From contig OX597824.1 in assembly GCA_951406725.2 (NCBI GenBank), positions 21,266,001 to 21,330,000 of the forward strand: DNA of 64,000 nt, written 5' to 3'. The DNA comes from Octopus vulgaris. Its lineage: Eukaryota. A program made the translations under genes and the position numbers. Shown here piece after piece: positions 12,893 to 24,988 of this stretch. The notes under the pieces were generated by a model. That model was not told the DNA's origin, searched no databases, and worked only from the letters and a program-made list of their open reading frames with translations. Positions within the stretch are counted from its first letter, which is position 1. Every line of letters starts with the position of its first letter.

Positions 12893-13088
12893 TGCAGGTG
12901 GCACGTAAAAAGCACCCAATCCACTCACGGAGTGGTTGGCGTTAGGAAGGGCATCCAGCCGTAGAAACTCTGCCAGATTCAGACTGGAGCCTGGAGCGGC
13001 CCCTGGCTTCCCAGACCCGGTCAAACCGTCCAACCCGTGCTAGCGCGGAAAGCGGACGTTAAACGATGATGATGATGATGATGATGAT
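12893..13088 (+). mobile_element. Family G 3' end inside a (TA)n tract
   Basis: Family G motif plus (GAT)n tail. Confidence 0.85.
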
Positions 13089-13166
13089 ATATATAATGTA
13101 TGTATATATGTAGGTATGTATATATGCATATATGTATATGTATATATATATATAATATATGTATGT

Positions 13167-13372
13167 GGAGGCACATGGCTTAGTGGTTAGGGTGTCAGCA
13201 TCATGATTGTAAGATTGTGGTTTTGATTCCTGGACCAGGCAATGCGTTGTGTTCTTGAGCAAACACTTCATTTCACATTGCTCCAGTCCACTCAGCTGGC
13301 AAAAATGAATAATGTTGTGATGCCGGGAAACCGGGCCCATGAGCCTGGCTAGGCTTTAAAAGGGCACATTTA
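13167..13372 (+). mobile_element. SINE family R (subfamily with CCAGTCCACTCAGCTGGCAAAAATGA domain)
   Basis: Homologous to 41408-41890 and 59823-59990. Confidence 0.85.
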
Positions 13373-13716
13373 TTAATCTTTTTTTTATGTATATATATAT
13401 GAGAGAAATATAGATGATTGTTAAGGTTGGAATTAACTCGCGCATACCATCCTATATCTTCTCGAAACGGCTGTCGACTTTGCACCTGCTCAAGTGTCCT
13501 TTTAAAATCATTTTATACCAGCTTTCTCATCTATTTGGATTACAACTATCCATTCACCACCAGCATATTTTTATGTCCTCATTGATTTTAATACAGACAT
13601 ACAACCTTGTAAGTACATTTATGTATTTTTATATATCATTATTATAGAGGCAATGCAGGTGAAGTCTAAAAGAACATAATTGAAATTCGCATCCAAAACT
13701 TATATAAATACATATA

Positions 13717-14221
13717 TCTATATATATAAAACTGTAGTTGTGTGAGTGTCTGTCCCCTTCGATTTAGATTCCTAACTACTCCCACATTTTGCGGTGCAGT
13801 TTAACCAAATTCGGGTATCTTATAGTTGTGATTCATATCGAGCCCGTCTGGGTATTAGCGCGCATCTACGATGAGTCTACGATTTAAAAAATAATTTAAC
13901 ATCATTTTTTATTCCATTTTAATGCATAATTTTTCGTGTGTTGATGGCGGCGGAGTTGGCGTCCACGCTCACGCCTGCACCTGTTTGCTTCTCCCCCTTC
14001 TTCCCTCTCTCGTGAAGCTGTGGGGAAGGGAGTATATGGAAATCAACGTCGTAAAGTGTTGTCAAGGAGACCAGCGTTCTTTTAGAACGACTTCATGGCT
14101 TGAAGACACCAAAACAGAAATGGCTAAGAAAGCCTGAATTGGCATCTATAAGTAACTCTCTAAAAATGCTTATATAGTTATTTCCCTTACAAACCTGAGC
14201 AACGCCAGGCGATACTGCTAG
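13717..14221 (+). mobile_element. Non-autonomous Helitron H3
   Basis: A|TCTATATATATAAA..CCTGAGCAACGCCAGG.GATACTGCTAG|T. The empty site is visible in the duplicated copy at ~14846. Confidence 0.92.
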
Positions 14222-14398
14222 TTCTCTATAAAATGGAAATAAAATTCAAAATACACTAATATATATAAACAGACAATATCAATGCAACACATAAAGTACG
14301 ATTGAATTTAAATAAAAGCAATTGAATTTAAGAAAATATCATTTTTAATTACATTTAAAATCGTACATTGTGTGATGAAATTAAAAATTTATCTTGAA

Positions 14399-14777
14399 AG
14401 GCGCAGGAGTAGTTGTGTGGTAAGTAGCTTGCTTACCAACCACATGGTTCCGGGTTCAATCCCACTGCGTGGCATCTTGGGCAAGTGTCTTCTACTATAG
14501 CCTCGGTCCGACCAAAGCCTTGTGAGTGGATTTGGTAGAAGGAAACTGAAAGAAGCCCGTTGTATATATGTATATATATATATGTGTGTATGTTTGTGTG
14601 TCTGTGTTTGTCCCCCTAGCATTGCTTGACAACCGATGCTGGTGTGTTTACGTCGCCGTCACTTAGCGATAGAATAAGTACTGGGCTTGCAAAGAATAAG
14701 TCCCGGGGTCGATTTGCTCGACTAAAGGCGGTGCTCCAGCATGGCCACAATCACATGACTGAAACAAGTAAAAGAGT
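14399..14777 (+). mobile_element. SINE family A, full length
   Basis: AGGCGCAGGAGT head through GAAACAAGTAAAAGAGT tail. Confidence 0.9.
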
Positions 14778-15080
14778 AGGCAACACAGGCGAAGTCTAAA
14801 AGAACGTAATTGAAATATGCATCCAAAACTTATATAAATACATACATTCTCTTTAAAATGGAAGTAAAATTCCAAAATACACTAATATATATAAATAGAC
14901 AATATCAATGCAACGCATAAAGTACGATTGAATTTAAATAAAAACGATTGAATTTAAGAAAATATCATTTTTAATTACATTTAAAATCGTACATTGTATG
15001 ATGAAATTAAAAATTTATCTTGAAAGGATTAAGTATTAAAGACACTAAAACCAACGAAAGAAAAAGAATATATAAACATC

Positions 15081-15164
15081 ACATCTACGGGCCATTTCAG
15101 AGATGTGCCTAGGAATATGAGATATTTCATATTACTAATCAAGGCACTACCCTCATCAGGATGT
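15081..15164 (-). ncRNA. Type I hammerhead-ribozyme-like motif (slightly decayed)
   Basis: ACATC-CTGATGA-[GGGTAGTGCCT..AGGCACATCTCT]-GAAA-TGGCCC-GTA-GATGT. Helix I is ACATC/GATGT, core boxes are intact and the cleavage triplet is GUA. Confidence 0.65.
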
Positions 15165-15189
15165 TACACTAAGTTCATAAATACATAAA

Positions 15190-15696
15190 TCTCTCTCTAT
15201 ATAAACGGCAGTTTGTCTGTCTGTGAGGTTGTACCCTCACCCTGACCACGGCTTTCGACCGATTCTGATGAAACTTGACACACACATAGCCCAATGTCAT
15301 AATTCAAAACTAACGCAGCGAAAATTTTGAAAAGTTTCCCCAGTTCTGAAAAAAATTGATAAATTCAACATGGGGTCGAGAATCTAAGCTTTTTATTTGC
15401 AACACATTTTCTGTTGTAGTTTTCGCAACTTGCAATCGATTTTGACCAAACTCATGGTGAAGCTTAATGTTACCCTAAGAAACTTAATTCTGACATTAGT
15501 TTTCCATGCAATACCTTACCATCAGAAAAAATCGATAAAATCATGCCATTTTGGGATATCGCGTTCAAATTCAAGATGACATATTTTCGACAATATCTTT
15601 CACAAATTGGCAGGAATTTAAAAAAAATTCACAGCGAGCATCATGTCTGCTCCAGGGGCTCTTACATACCCGGGCAACGCCGGGCTATGCTGCTAG
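15190..15696 (+). mobile_element. Non-autonomous Helitron H4
   Basis: A|TCTCTCTCTATATAAA..CCCGGGCAACGCCGGG.TATGCTGCTAG|T. Confidence 0.88.
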
Positions 15697-15980
15697 TACA
15701 TTATATACCAGGGTTGGTCCACCATCAGCAGTAAATATGGCTCACAACAAGCACTATATTTTCCTTCTGTATTAATGGGAGTTATTGTTAACAACAAGCT
15801 CTAATTAAACCATATATTTCGTATTTTTATATATTTATATATTTAGAAATTTTTATATTATATTTTGTGTATATGAATGTATGCTATGTATGCTGTGGAG
15901 AATTGCAACGCTTTCAAATATATTCAGTGAATACGAACTCTGACCTTTGAAATTTGCTCTCTCTTCCTTGGTTATATATA

Positions 15981-16026
<46 letters not shown>

Positions 16027-16715
16027 CATGTTCTTGGGTTTGTTTTGCAAGAATTTTGATGTGAAACCGTATGTTGAAACCAATATTATTATACTTTGAG
16101 AGGGTCATACTGCCAATAAACACACACACATACCTACATCACTCACAATTTCTCTCTATCTCTCTCACACATGCATGCATACACACACACACACACACAC
16201 ACACACAACCTACACACTAACCCCCCTCTCGTATACACACATGCGCACACATTCTTATGTCGGCGCCAACTATAACAAAAGTAAACAAATGAAAATATCA
16301 AAAAGAAAAATACTTAACGAAAACATACAACATGACAACACACGTTTGACACCATGTAAACAGAGAGGTGATAATTCTAACAACATTGCACACAAACCTT
16401 TGGAACCATTTTCTAAGGAATGTCGGAGTCTCTATTTGCTGTTTGGCAATGTTTATTCAGACGTATTTTGTGATGTTGGGTGGGGAAAATACCTTAAGCT
16501 AAGCCTGAAAGCAATGAAGTCATTAAAGAATCATCCATAACTCTGCTCCTGTGGAGTGTATGAGGAAGGGTCTTGTACAGGGCTGGTTACTGTTATTTCT
16601 TTATTTTCTGAAAACAGAATGCACAAAAGTTACACGTTTGCATTATGTTATATATACAATAATAATAAAGGACGTTACCGTATACATTTTTACAAACCTA
16701 GCTGAATGATAACTA

Positions 16716-17237
16716 CTGTAAATCCTCAAGTATAATCCGTATTTTTTTCCAAAAATTTAATGGTCAAAATCCCTAGTGCGTATTATATACGAGGTTAAAA
16801 ATGAAAATTATTTTCTAAGGAATGTCGGAGTCTCTATTTGCTGTTTGGCAATGTTTATTCAGACGTATTTTGTGATGTTGGGTGGGGAAAATACCTTAAG
16901 CTAAGCCTGAAAGCAATGAAGTCATTAAAGAATCATCCATAACTTGCAGTAAGCAACATTTATTAAACGTTATTACTGTTATTACTGTTATTTCTTCATT
17001 TTCTGCAAACAAAATGCACAAAAAAGCTACACGTTTGCATTATGTTATATATACAATAATAATAAAGTACGTTACCATATACAGTTTTACAAACCAAGGA
17101 CGTTATATAGACCTCCTTGACTCAAGTTAGAGTAGGGGTGCGTGTTATACACAAGGTTTAGGTTTTTCAGAGTTACGACCCCCTAAAAATCCCCTGCGTA
17201 TTATACTTAAAGGCGAACTATATTTGAGGATTTACGG
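16716..17237. mobile_element. pogo/Tigger-like MITE with TA TSD
   Basis: TA|CTGTAAATCCTCAAGTATAATCCG ... CGAACTATATTTGAGGATTTACGG|TA, giving ~24-bp imperfect TIRs. Confidence 0.88.
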
Positions 17238-17944
17238 TAAGTTATTTTGCTAAATTCTTTGTTATGTTTAAAGTAATGGAAAGAAACACAGAGCATCTCA
17301 AAATAAATACAGTAACAAAAGGTTTAATGTCAGGAAAGTTTCAGCATCTTGTCTGTTATATATACTTCTTGGAATGGAAGGGAACCCTGCAGATAGACCA
17401 AGGATTATTATAGGGATTGTATCAATAGAGAAACAGACAGATAGCTCATCTCCATGGTCACTATGACAACAACAACTGCGGCTGCATTTCCATGCAGGCA
17501 TATAAAGTGGATCAGCTCTGGCATATGGTATCTTTCTATTTGTCTTGCTCCGACATTCAGTTTTCTTTAAACTGCCCGACATTCTAACATCTGATGGCAC
17601 TCCTTCAGTTATCCGGCCATCGGAAATACGCTATGAAAAATGACCGTTATACGAAGGGAAATTACTGTGTTATTGACCGCTATTTAGACAAAAGAGCTAT
17701 TCGAATGACCACTAATTAAGGTGAGGGGGTAAAAAGTTCATAGTATACGTGTATAACTGAAGAGATGGTGGTGTGGATTTCCACCTTGGCATCTGAAACT
17801 TGGCTACCGAATAATTGTCACATATTATATTTACAGATAAATTCCTTTACTTACATAATATTGAGGTCTCTTTCTTTCTTTTGTTATCTTACCATTTTTA
17901 TCAATATATATATATATATATATATATTTTATAATTATATACAT

Positions 17945-18155
17945 GCCTCGTCTGGCACCTGTGTCGGTGGCACATAAAATCACCCACTACACTCTCGGAG
18001 TGGTTGGCATTAGGATGGGCATCCAGCTGTAGAAACACTGCCAGATCTGACTGGCCTGGTGCAGCCTTCGGGCTCCCCAGACCCCAGTTGAACCGTCCAA
18101 CCCATGCTAGCATGGAAAGCGGACGTTAAACGATGATGATGATGATGATGATGAT
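17945..18155 (+). mobile_element. Family G 3' end
   Basis: Family motif plus (GAT)n. Confidence 0.85.
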
Positions 18156-18975
18156 GTTCATACTTATGAAAGTATATTGAAAAACCCCTCGGTTGCTCAG
18201 TTTCCCCCTTTGATTAATATTAAAACATCACATCCGATGGATTACATCATGTCATTCACCTCCATTTGCCGGAGATCTTCTGCGCACACCTTACCTACAC
18301 TTCTCCTCTCCTCCATCATGCTTCTTTTGCCCTTATTCACCACAGTCAAGAACCCCAACACTTCTTCCTTTTCTTCCAAGCAACCCCCTCCACCATGCAG
18401 CCTTTTCTTTTCTCTTCTTTTTGCTCTTAGTACTATGGTTTCGTTAGTATCCCTTCATTTCTCAGGTTTTAATTATGTAAGAGAGGGAAGTGTTGGAAAC
18501 GGTCTGAACAACTCAAACAGTGTTCACTTAACGCCTGCTTCTTCTTCGGCTGCCAGCTATTCTTGTACTTCTGATGATGCTCTGCAGTTTCTCTTCTTCC
18601 TCTGTCATTCTGCCAGGGAACCTACTGTGTCTTTTCTATGCCCACCACTTTCACCGAATACACAATACTGGGTTACTACGCTTCCCTTTCCTATATTCAT
18701 ATATACATACATATAAAATATATATATATATATATATATACATATACACACACACACATATATGTATATATATATGTGTATATATATATATAGATATATG
18801 TATAAACTGCATAATTTGGTGTTCAGTCCTACTGTTCAGTAACTTAGGTAAGTATCTTTTACTACAACCTTGGACTGACCAGTGCCTTTTCAAAAGGCCA
18901 GAATTTGGCAGGCGTGAACTGCATGACCTCAGTCAAATGACTGAAACAAGTAAAAGAATTAAAGAATAAAAGAAC

Positions 18976-19170
18976 ATTTCGTTTTTGGATTTGGTTTGCA
19001 AGATTCTTTATGTGAGTTTGTGTGTTGAAGCATATACCATTGAAAAGGTTGCAAGACGCAACGGAAATTTTAGAAAAATAAAGAAGGAAATAAGTGGAAA
19101 TTTTACCAGTGAGTGTGTTAAATTATAAGGCACTAAAAGAGAACGACCCTTCCCAGACACAACAATAAAA
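18976..19170. mobile_element. Penelope-like terminal-repeat remnant with internal inversion
   Basis: Two segments of the 37824-38192 family joined in opposite orientations. Contains a hammerhead-like motif at ~19037-19073 and is followed by a short (TA)n. Confidence 0.6.
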
Positions 19171-19202
19171 GAATATATATATGTATTCGGGTCGGTCGGT
19201 CG

Positions 19203-19541
19203 GGACCCCTTTCGGTCACGACGCTGACCATGGAATTGCACCTAGAAAGTTACCCTCCCAGGCAGAAGTCTGGGCAAGGTTGTTTATGGAAGACCAGCAG
19301 TCGCCCATGCATACCGGCCTCCCCTCTCCATGCCACCAGTGTTATCCAAGGGAAAGGCAAAGGGACCGATACAGCTTGGTACCTGTGACGTCGCAACTCA
19401 TTTCTACAGCTGAATGAACTGGAGCAATGTGAAATAAAGTGTCTTGCTCAAGAACACAACACGCAGCCCTGTCCGGGATTCGAGCTCACAACCTCACGAT
19501 CGTAAGCTCGACGCTCTAACCACTGAGCCATGCGCCTTCAC
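19203..19541 (-). mobile_element. SINE subfamily R2
   Basis: Matches 2064-2396; anticodon-like TTACGAT. Confidence 0.9.
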
Positions 19542-19804
19542 AATATATGTATTATGAGAAAGCTTACTTCTCAGATAGTGACTGGGTTTAGGTTTTTTAT
19601 TTATTCCATTGCTGTGTTTAATCTGCTTGTTGGTATCATACAGCAGAATATATTGAACATTATTATTAACGAGCTGATTTCGTTACTGACTGATTGAGAG
19701 GCAGGTGATAAGTAAAGTCTTTGTGAATCATTTTAGAAAACTGGGAAAGAATGGGTGGGGTGGGGTGGTGAGATTTGGGTGATTGTATCATTAATATAGA
19801 ATTA

Positions 19805-19840
<36 letters not shown>

Positions 19841-20232
19841 GGTCATTGATATTCAAGAAAGAAAAATAGTCCAAGAGGGTGATTAGTACTTGGGAAAAAA
19901 AAGCCTGAGTTGGTGGGAGACTGTGTGTGTGTGTTTTAGAAACAGCCCGATCTACATGTGATACTTGTGAATAATGGAATAATGCAGGCTATCGATGCGT
20001 TTACATTAGAGAGAATCTAATCTAAGACTTGTAAGCCATGTGACTTTTTTTTTCTTTTTTTTTTTCCGTTTTTTTTTTTTAATGCCAGACTTGCTAATAA
20101 TGTCTGGACCAACAATTTTTGATCTCGTTTCTTCTTTCAATCTAATCATTTTTTAGATTTTCAAAATAGATCTTTGCCGTTTCTCCTCTTTTTAATTCTG
20201 GACTCACGAGTTGTAACCCTCCCCCCCCCCTT

Positions 20233-20235
<3 letters not shown>

Positions 20236-20273
<38 letters not shown>

Positions 20274-20426
20274 CCATCAGCTCTTCAATGTGACATTTTC
20301 TTTCATGAATTATATTTTCAATAAAGATATCACACACACACATAAACACACACACACACATAAACACACACACACATAAACACACACACACATACACAAG
20401 TCTTGCTGCTACTGTTGCTGCTGCTG

Positions 20427-20487
<61 letters not shown>

Positions 20488-20555
20488 CAGTGCTACCACC
20501 AGCACTACCACCACCACTACTACTACCACTACCACCACCGCCGCCGCTACTACTA

Positions 20556-20597
<42 letters not shown>

Positions 20598-20598
20598 T

Positions 20599-20653
<55 letters not shown>
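20236..20653. repeat. (CA)n and (CTA/CTG/CCA)n microsatellites
   Basis: Direct inspection; source of the poly-L/poly-S/poly-V ORFs. Confidence 0.95.
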
Positions 20654-20654
<1 letters not shown>

Positions 20655-20794
20655 TTTAAGAAATAAGTGTTGCCAGATGCACTTTGGGAAAAGATGTTGC
20701 ATTTATATTTTTTTTTATAGTTCATTAATTTTTTTTGATGATTTATTAGAAAATTAATTGGGTTTTTTTTTTTAATGTCTATAATCTTTTATCT

Positions 20795-21200
20795 TTTAGC
20801 TTTTTACTTGTTTTAATCATTGGACAGCAGCCATGCTGGAGTATTGCCTTGAAGTGTTCAGTTGAATGAATTAACCTCAGTACTTAATTTTTTTGTAATT
20901 CATTTGTTTGGCATTTATTCCATTGGCTTCTTTTGCTGAACTGCTAAGTTACAGAAACATAAACAAACCAACACTGGTGAGGAGTGGGGGGGGGCGGGGA
21001 CATGCACAAACAAAAAGACATGCACACATGTTTATGATGTGCTTCCATACAATTTCTGTCTATCAAATTCTCTCACGAGGCATTGGTCAACCTGGGGCTA
21101 CAGTTGTAGACACATTCCCACAGTGCTATGCAGTAGGACTGAACCTGGAACCATGTGGTTGGAAAGCAAGCTTCTTACCACACAGCCACACATGTGCCTA
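20795..21200 (-). mobile_element. SINE family A, old diverged copy
   Basis: Degenerate reverse complement of family A head, body and tail. Confidence 0.75.
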
Positions 21201-21427
21201 TAAAATATATTTCCTTTTCTTTTTTTTGTTTTTTACTTCTTACTCATTTAAGAACATCTTCCTCCTACTTGAAATAATTATACGCTATCGTGAACATTAT
21301 TACACATTTAGGATTAAGCTACATTTTAATTAAAAAAAAAAGGCTTTTTGATTACTTGTTTCAAGTATTTAACAGGAAAAAATAAGTTTACACACACACA
21401 CACACACTTACACACATATGCATATGT

Positions 21428-21460
<33 letters not shown>

Positions 21461-21644
21461 TGCATACATATATATAGGTGCAGGCATAGCTATATGGTTA
21501 AGCAGTTTACTTCCCAGTCACATGGATCCAGGTTCAATTCCTCTGTATGGCTCCTTGCTCAAGTGTCTTCAACGATAGTCCTTGACCAGCCAATGCTTTA
21601 ATACTTTGTGAGTGAATTAGTCAACAGAAACTGTGCAAAGTCTG

Positions 21645-21683
<39 letters not shown>

Positions 21684-21686
<3 letters not shown>

Positions 21687-21890
21687 CGGAGATGTACTTG
21701 CATAGCAAGTGACCTGATCTGAGATCGTGTGCTGGAATGGAAACAATTATAGCATGGAAGGTGTTTATAAGCCATTTAAGAAACACACAAAAACGGTTAG
21801 ATTCACTTCAACATATAAATTTAATGTGTCTCATTGCTTTGAGACCGCGACCTGTTCACTGACAAAATTCCGTGCTGCATCTGAGAAAGT
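21684..21890 (-). mobile_element. Probable Penelope-like remnant adjoining (TA)n, with a partial hammerhead-like motif
   Basis: Minus strand reads GTCA-GTGAACA-G-GTCGC..GCAAT-GA-GAC. Single copy in the window. Confidence 0.4.
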
Positions 21891-21904
21891 AACAGTTAGT
21901 TCAT

Positions 21905-22823
21905 GATATATATGTACGTGTGTATGTATGTATGCATGTATGTATGTATGTATTTGTATGCATGTATATATGTATGTATGCATGCATGTATGTATGTATG
22001 CATGTATTTATGTATGTATGTTGGTGTTAGGAAGGGCATCCAGCTGTAGAAACATTGCCAGATAAGACCGGAGCCTGGTGCAGCCTTCTGGCTTCCCAGA
22101 TCCCCGGTTGAACCGTCCAATCCAACGAAAGGGGTCTTTACCCTTTATGTATGTATGTATGCATGCACGTATGTATGTATGTATGCATGTATTTATGTAT
22201 GTATGTATGCATGTATGAATGTATGTATGCATGTATGTATGTATGTATGTATGTATGTATGTATGTATGTGTGTGTACATGTATGCGCGCATGCAAGTGT
22301 GCATGCCTATATGCATGTATGTATGTATGTAAGTATGTATGTGAGTATTTAGGAGAGACACCTGTTGTCAAGCAGTACAATGGGTTTCTTTCAGTTTCCG
22401 TCTACCAAATTCGCTCGCAACGCTTTGGTTGGCCCCAAGGCTATATTAGAAGACGCTTGCCCAAGGTGCCACGCATTGAGACTGAACCCGGAACCATATG
22501 GTTAGGAAGCATTTTTTTTTTCTGTTTTCTCCCTGTTTTTTTTTAAAAATAGGCAGAATGTAATTCAAGAGCGATTTGGCTGTTATTATTAGCAGAAAGA
22601 GTGACCGCATAGAGTTTTCTTCATTAACAAACTTCTTTAGAATTGTGACTCTGTTTATTATTCCTGTGTGTTGTTGATATTTCTAAAAGTAGTGGCTGCT
22701 CAGGGTATCTGGTTGCAAAGGTTGTGTATGTTGGAACAGACAGTTGCTGTAATTCACTGCCTCTCGTGAATGTTGTTTTCAACGACATTTTATTGAGGTT
22801 GTGGAAGGCGTACATGCATGCGT

Positions 22824-22862
<39 letters not shown>

Positions 22863-23185
22863 TGCATCTACATATGTATTTGCATACACACATGTGTATA
22901 AATGTATGAATGTATGTACACACACATACACACACGTAAATGTATGGATGTATTTATATGTGTATATATGTGTATATATGTGTACATATTTATCTATACA
23001 TGCAAACATATATATCCATATCTATATATCTATTTATACACACACACACACACACACATGTTTACATACATATGTATGTATGTGTATGTATGTGTGTATA
23101 TATGTATTCACATATACATACATATGTATGTATTTATATGTGTATGTATATATATGTGTATGTATATATATGTGTCTATGTATGT
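21905..23185. repeat. (TATG)n/(TG)n microsatellite blocks with embedded family G (22021-22125) and family A (22360-22510) fragments
   Basis: Direct inspection. Confidence 0.9.
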
Positions 23186-23505
23186 GAAGGTGCAATGGCC
23201 CAGTGGTTAGGGCAGCGGACTCACGATCGTAGGATCGTGGTTTTGATTCCCAGATCGGGCGTTGTGAGTATTTATTGAGCGAAAACACCTAAAGCTCCAT
23301 GAGGCTCCAGCAGAGGGGCAGTGGGGAACCCTGCTGTACTCTTTCATCCCAACTTTCTCTCTCACTTTCTTCGTGTTTCTGTTGTACCTATATTTTAAGG
23401 GGCCAGACTTGTCACACTCTGTGTCACGCTGAATCTCTCCGAGAACTTTGTTAAGGGTACATGTGTCTGTGGAGTGCTCAGCCACTTGCATGTTAATTCC
23501 ACAAG
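23185..23505 (+). mobile_element. SINE family R (tail shared with 37303-37624 and 43290-43672)
   Basis: tRNA-like head plus CCTTGTCACACTCTGTGTCACGCTGAAT-type tail module. Confidence 0.85.
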
Positions 23506-23984
23506 CAATGATCCATGTTCTTTGCAGGCTCTCCTAGGCAGGTGAACCTGATGGCATGTATGTTCATCTTGAACATGGTATCCAAGAGATATTTGCCATG
23601 GCTGAACAAAACTATTTTTGGGACCCATCCATGTTGAATTTAGAATTCAAGAGAAGGGTCTAACAGATAATTATGGGTGCTTTCTTAGCTCTCTGGACAC
23701 TAGCTCTACATACAACCTGAACCTCTTCCTTCTTGAATCAGCCCTGTTCTTGAACCTTAGTAAGTTAACACCTTTGGGAAAGATATAATCAGGGAAGGAA
23801 TTCAGTGATATTGACTATTCCCCTCCCCTCAAAATTGTTGGCCTTATGCTTATATCTGAACCCATTTGTTTCCTCAACCAGGTTGTTATGGTCACAAGGT
23901 TTTGGCTAGTGTTCCCTCCAGCCTTTTTCAGGTGCCTGTCGTATTTGACCATAAAGAGTTTGGTTCCAAATTCCAAGAATATTA

Positions 23985-24414
23985 ACTCTCTTTACTCTTT
24001 TACTCTTTTACTTGTTTCACTCATTTGACTGCGGCCATGCTGGAGCACCGCCTTTAATCGAGCAACTCGACCCCGGGACTTATTCTTTTGTAAGCACAGT
24101 ACTTATTCTATCGGTCTCTCTTTTGCCGAACCGCTAAGTAACGGGGACATAAACACACCAGCATCGGTTGTCAAGCAATGTTGGGGGGGGGACGGACAAA
24201 CACAGACACACAAACACACACACGCACACACACACATATATATATATACATATATACGACGGGCTTCTTTCAGTTTCCGTCTACCAAATCCACTCACAAG
24301 GCTTTGGTCAGCCCGAGGCTATAGTAGAAGACACTTGCCCAAGGTGCCACGCAGTGAGACTGAACCCGGAACCATGTGGTTGGTAAACAAGCTACTTACC
24401 ACACAGCCACTCCT
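23985..24414 (-). mobile_element. SINE family A, full length, low divergence
   Basis: Reverse complement of family A with (GTAAAAGA)n tail. Confidence 0.92.
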
Positions 24415-24840
24415 ATGATGAATATTTTAAGAACACTGGAGGATGCATTGGCTAAAATGTTGTGACTACATATGTGTATATATGTGTTTATGTATGTGGA
24501 CGCACAATGGCCCAGTGGGTAGGGCAGTGGACTCACGGTCATAGGATCATGGTTTCAATTCCCAGACCGGGCATTGTGAGTGTTTATTGAGCAAAAACAC
24601 CTAAAGCTCCACGAGGCTCCTTATTATACATGTATATATATATATACATGTATAATATATATACATGTATAATAAGGAAGAGGAAAAGTTTAACATTCAG
24701 GAGAGTGATGTTTTAATAATTAGATTGATATCAATACCAACTTCCACAATGCCAACTCCTTATCAAGCATCAATTCTTGCTAAACAAACATGCTTGTAAA
24801 ACAATTCTCTACTGCTTCTCAAACCTGTTACCTCATGTTG

Positions 24841-24888
<48 letters not shown>

Positions 24889-24988
24889 GTGTTTTTATTG
24901 TGACACCATCACTAGATGTATCATTATTAATCAGCCCATGAGGCTCCACCCCTTTCCTTTCATTATTATTATTATTATTATTATTATT

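Larger units (their letters stand above)
13648..15027 (+). repeat. ~250-bp direct duplication (13648-14400 minus the Helitron; 14778-15027) flanking a family A SINE
   Basis: Both copies run AGGCAA..GAAGTCTAAAAGAAC..TTTATCTTGAAAG with only scattered substitutions. Confidence 0.9.

Noticed and set aside
17757-17806. Hammerhead-like CTGAAGA-GATG..CATC-T-GAAAC
   Set aside because: Helix II is present, but there is an extra base before GAAA, no convincing helix III/NUH and no helix I closure. At most a decayed relic.
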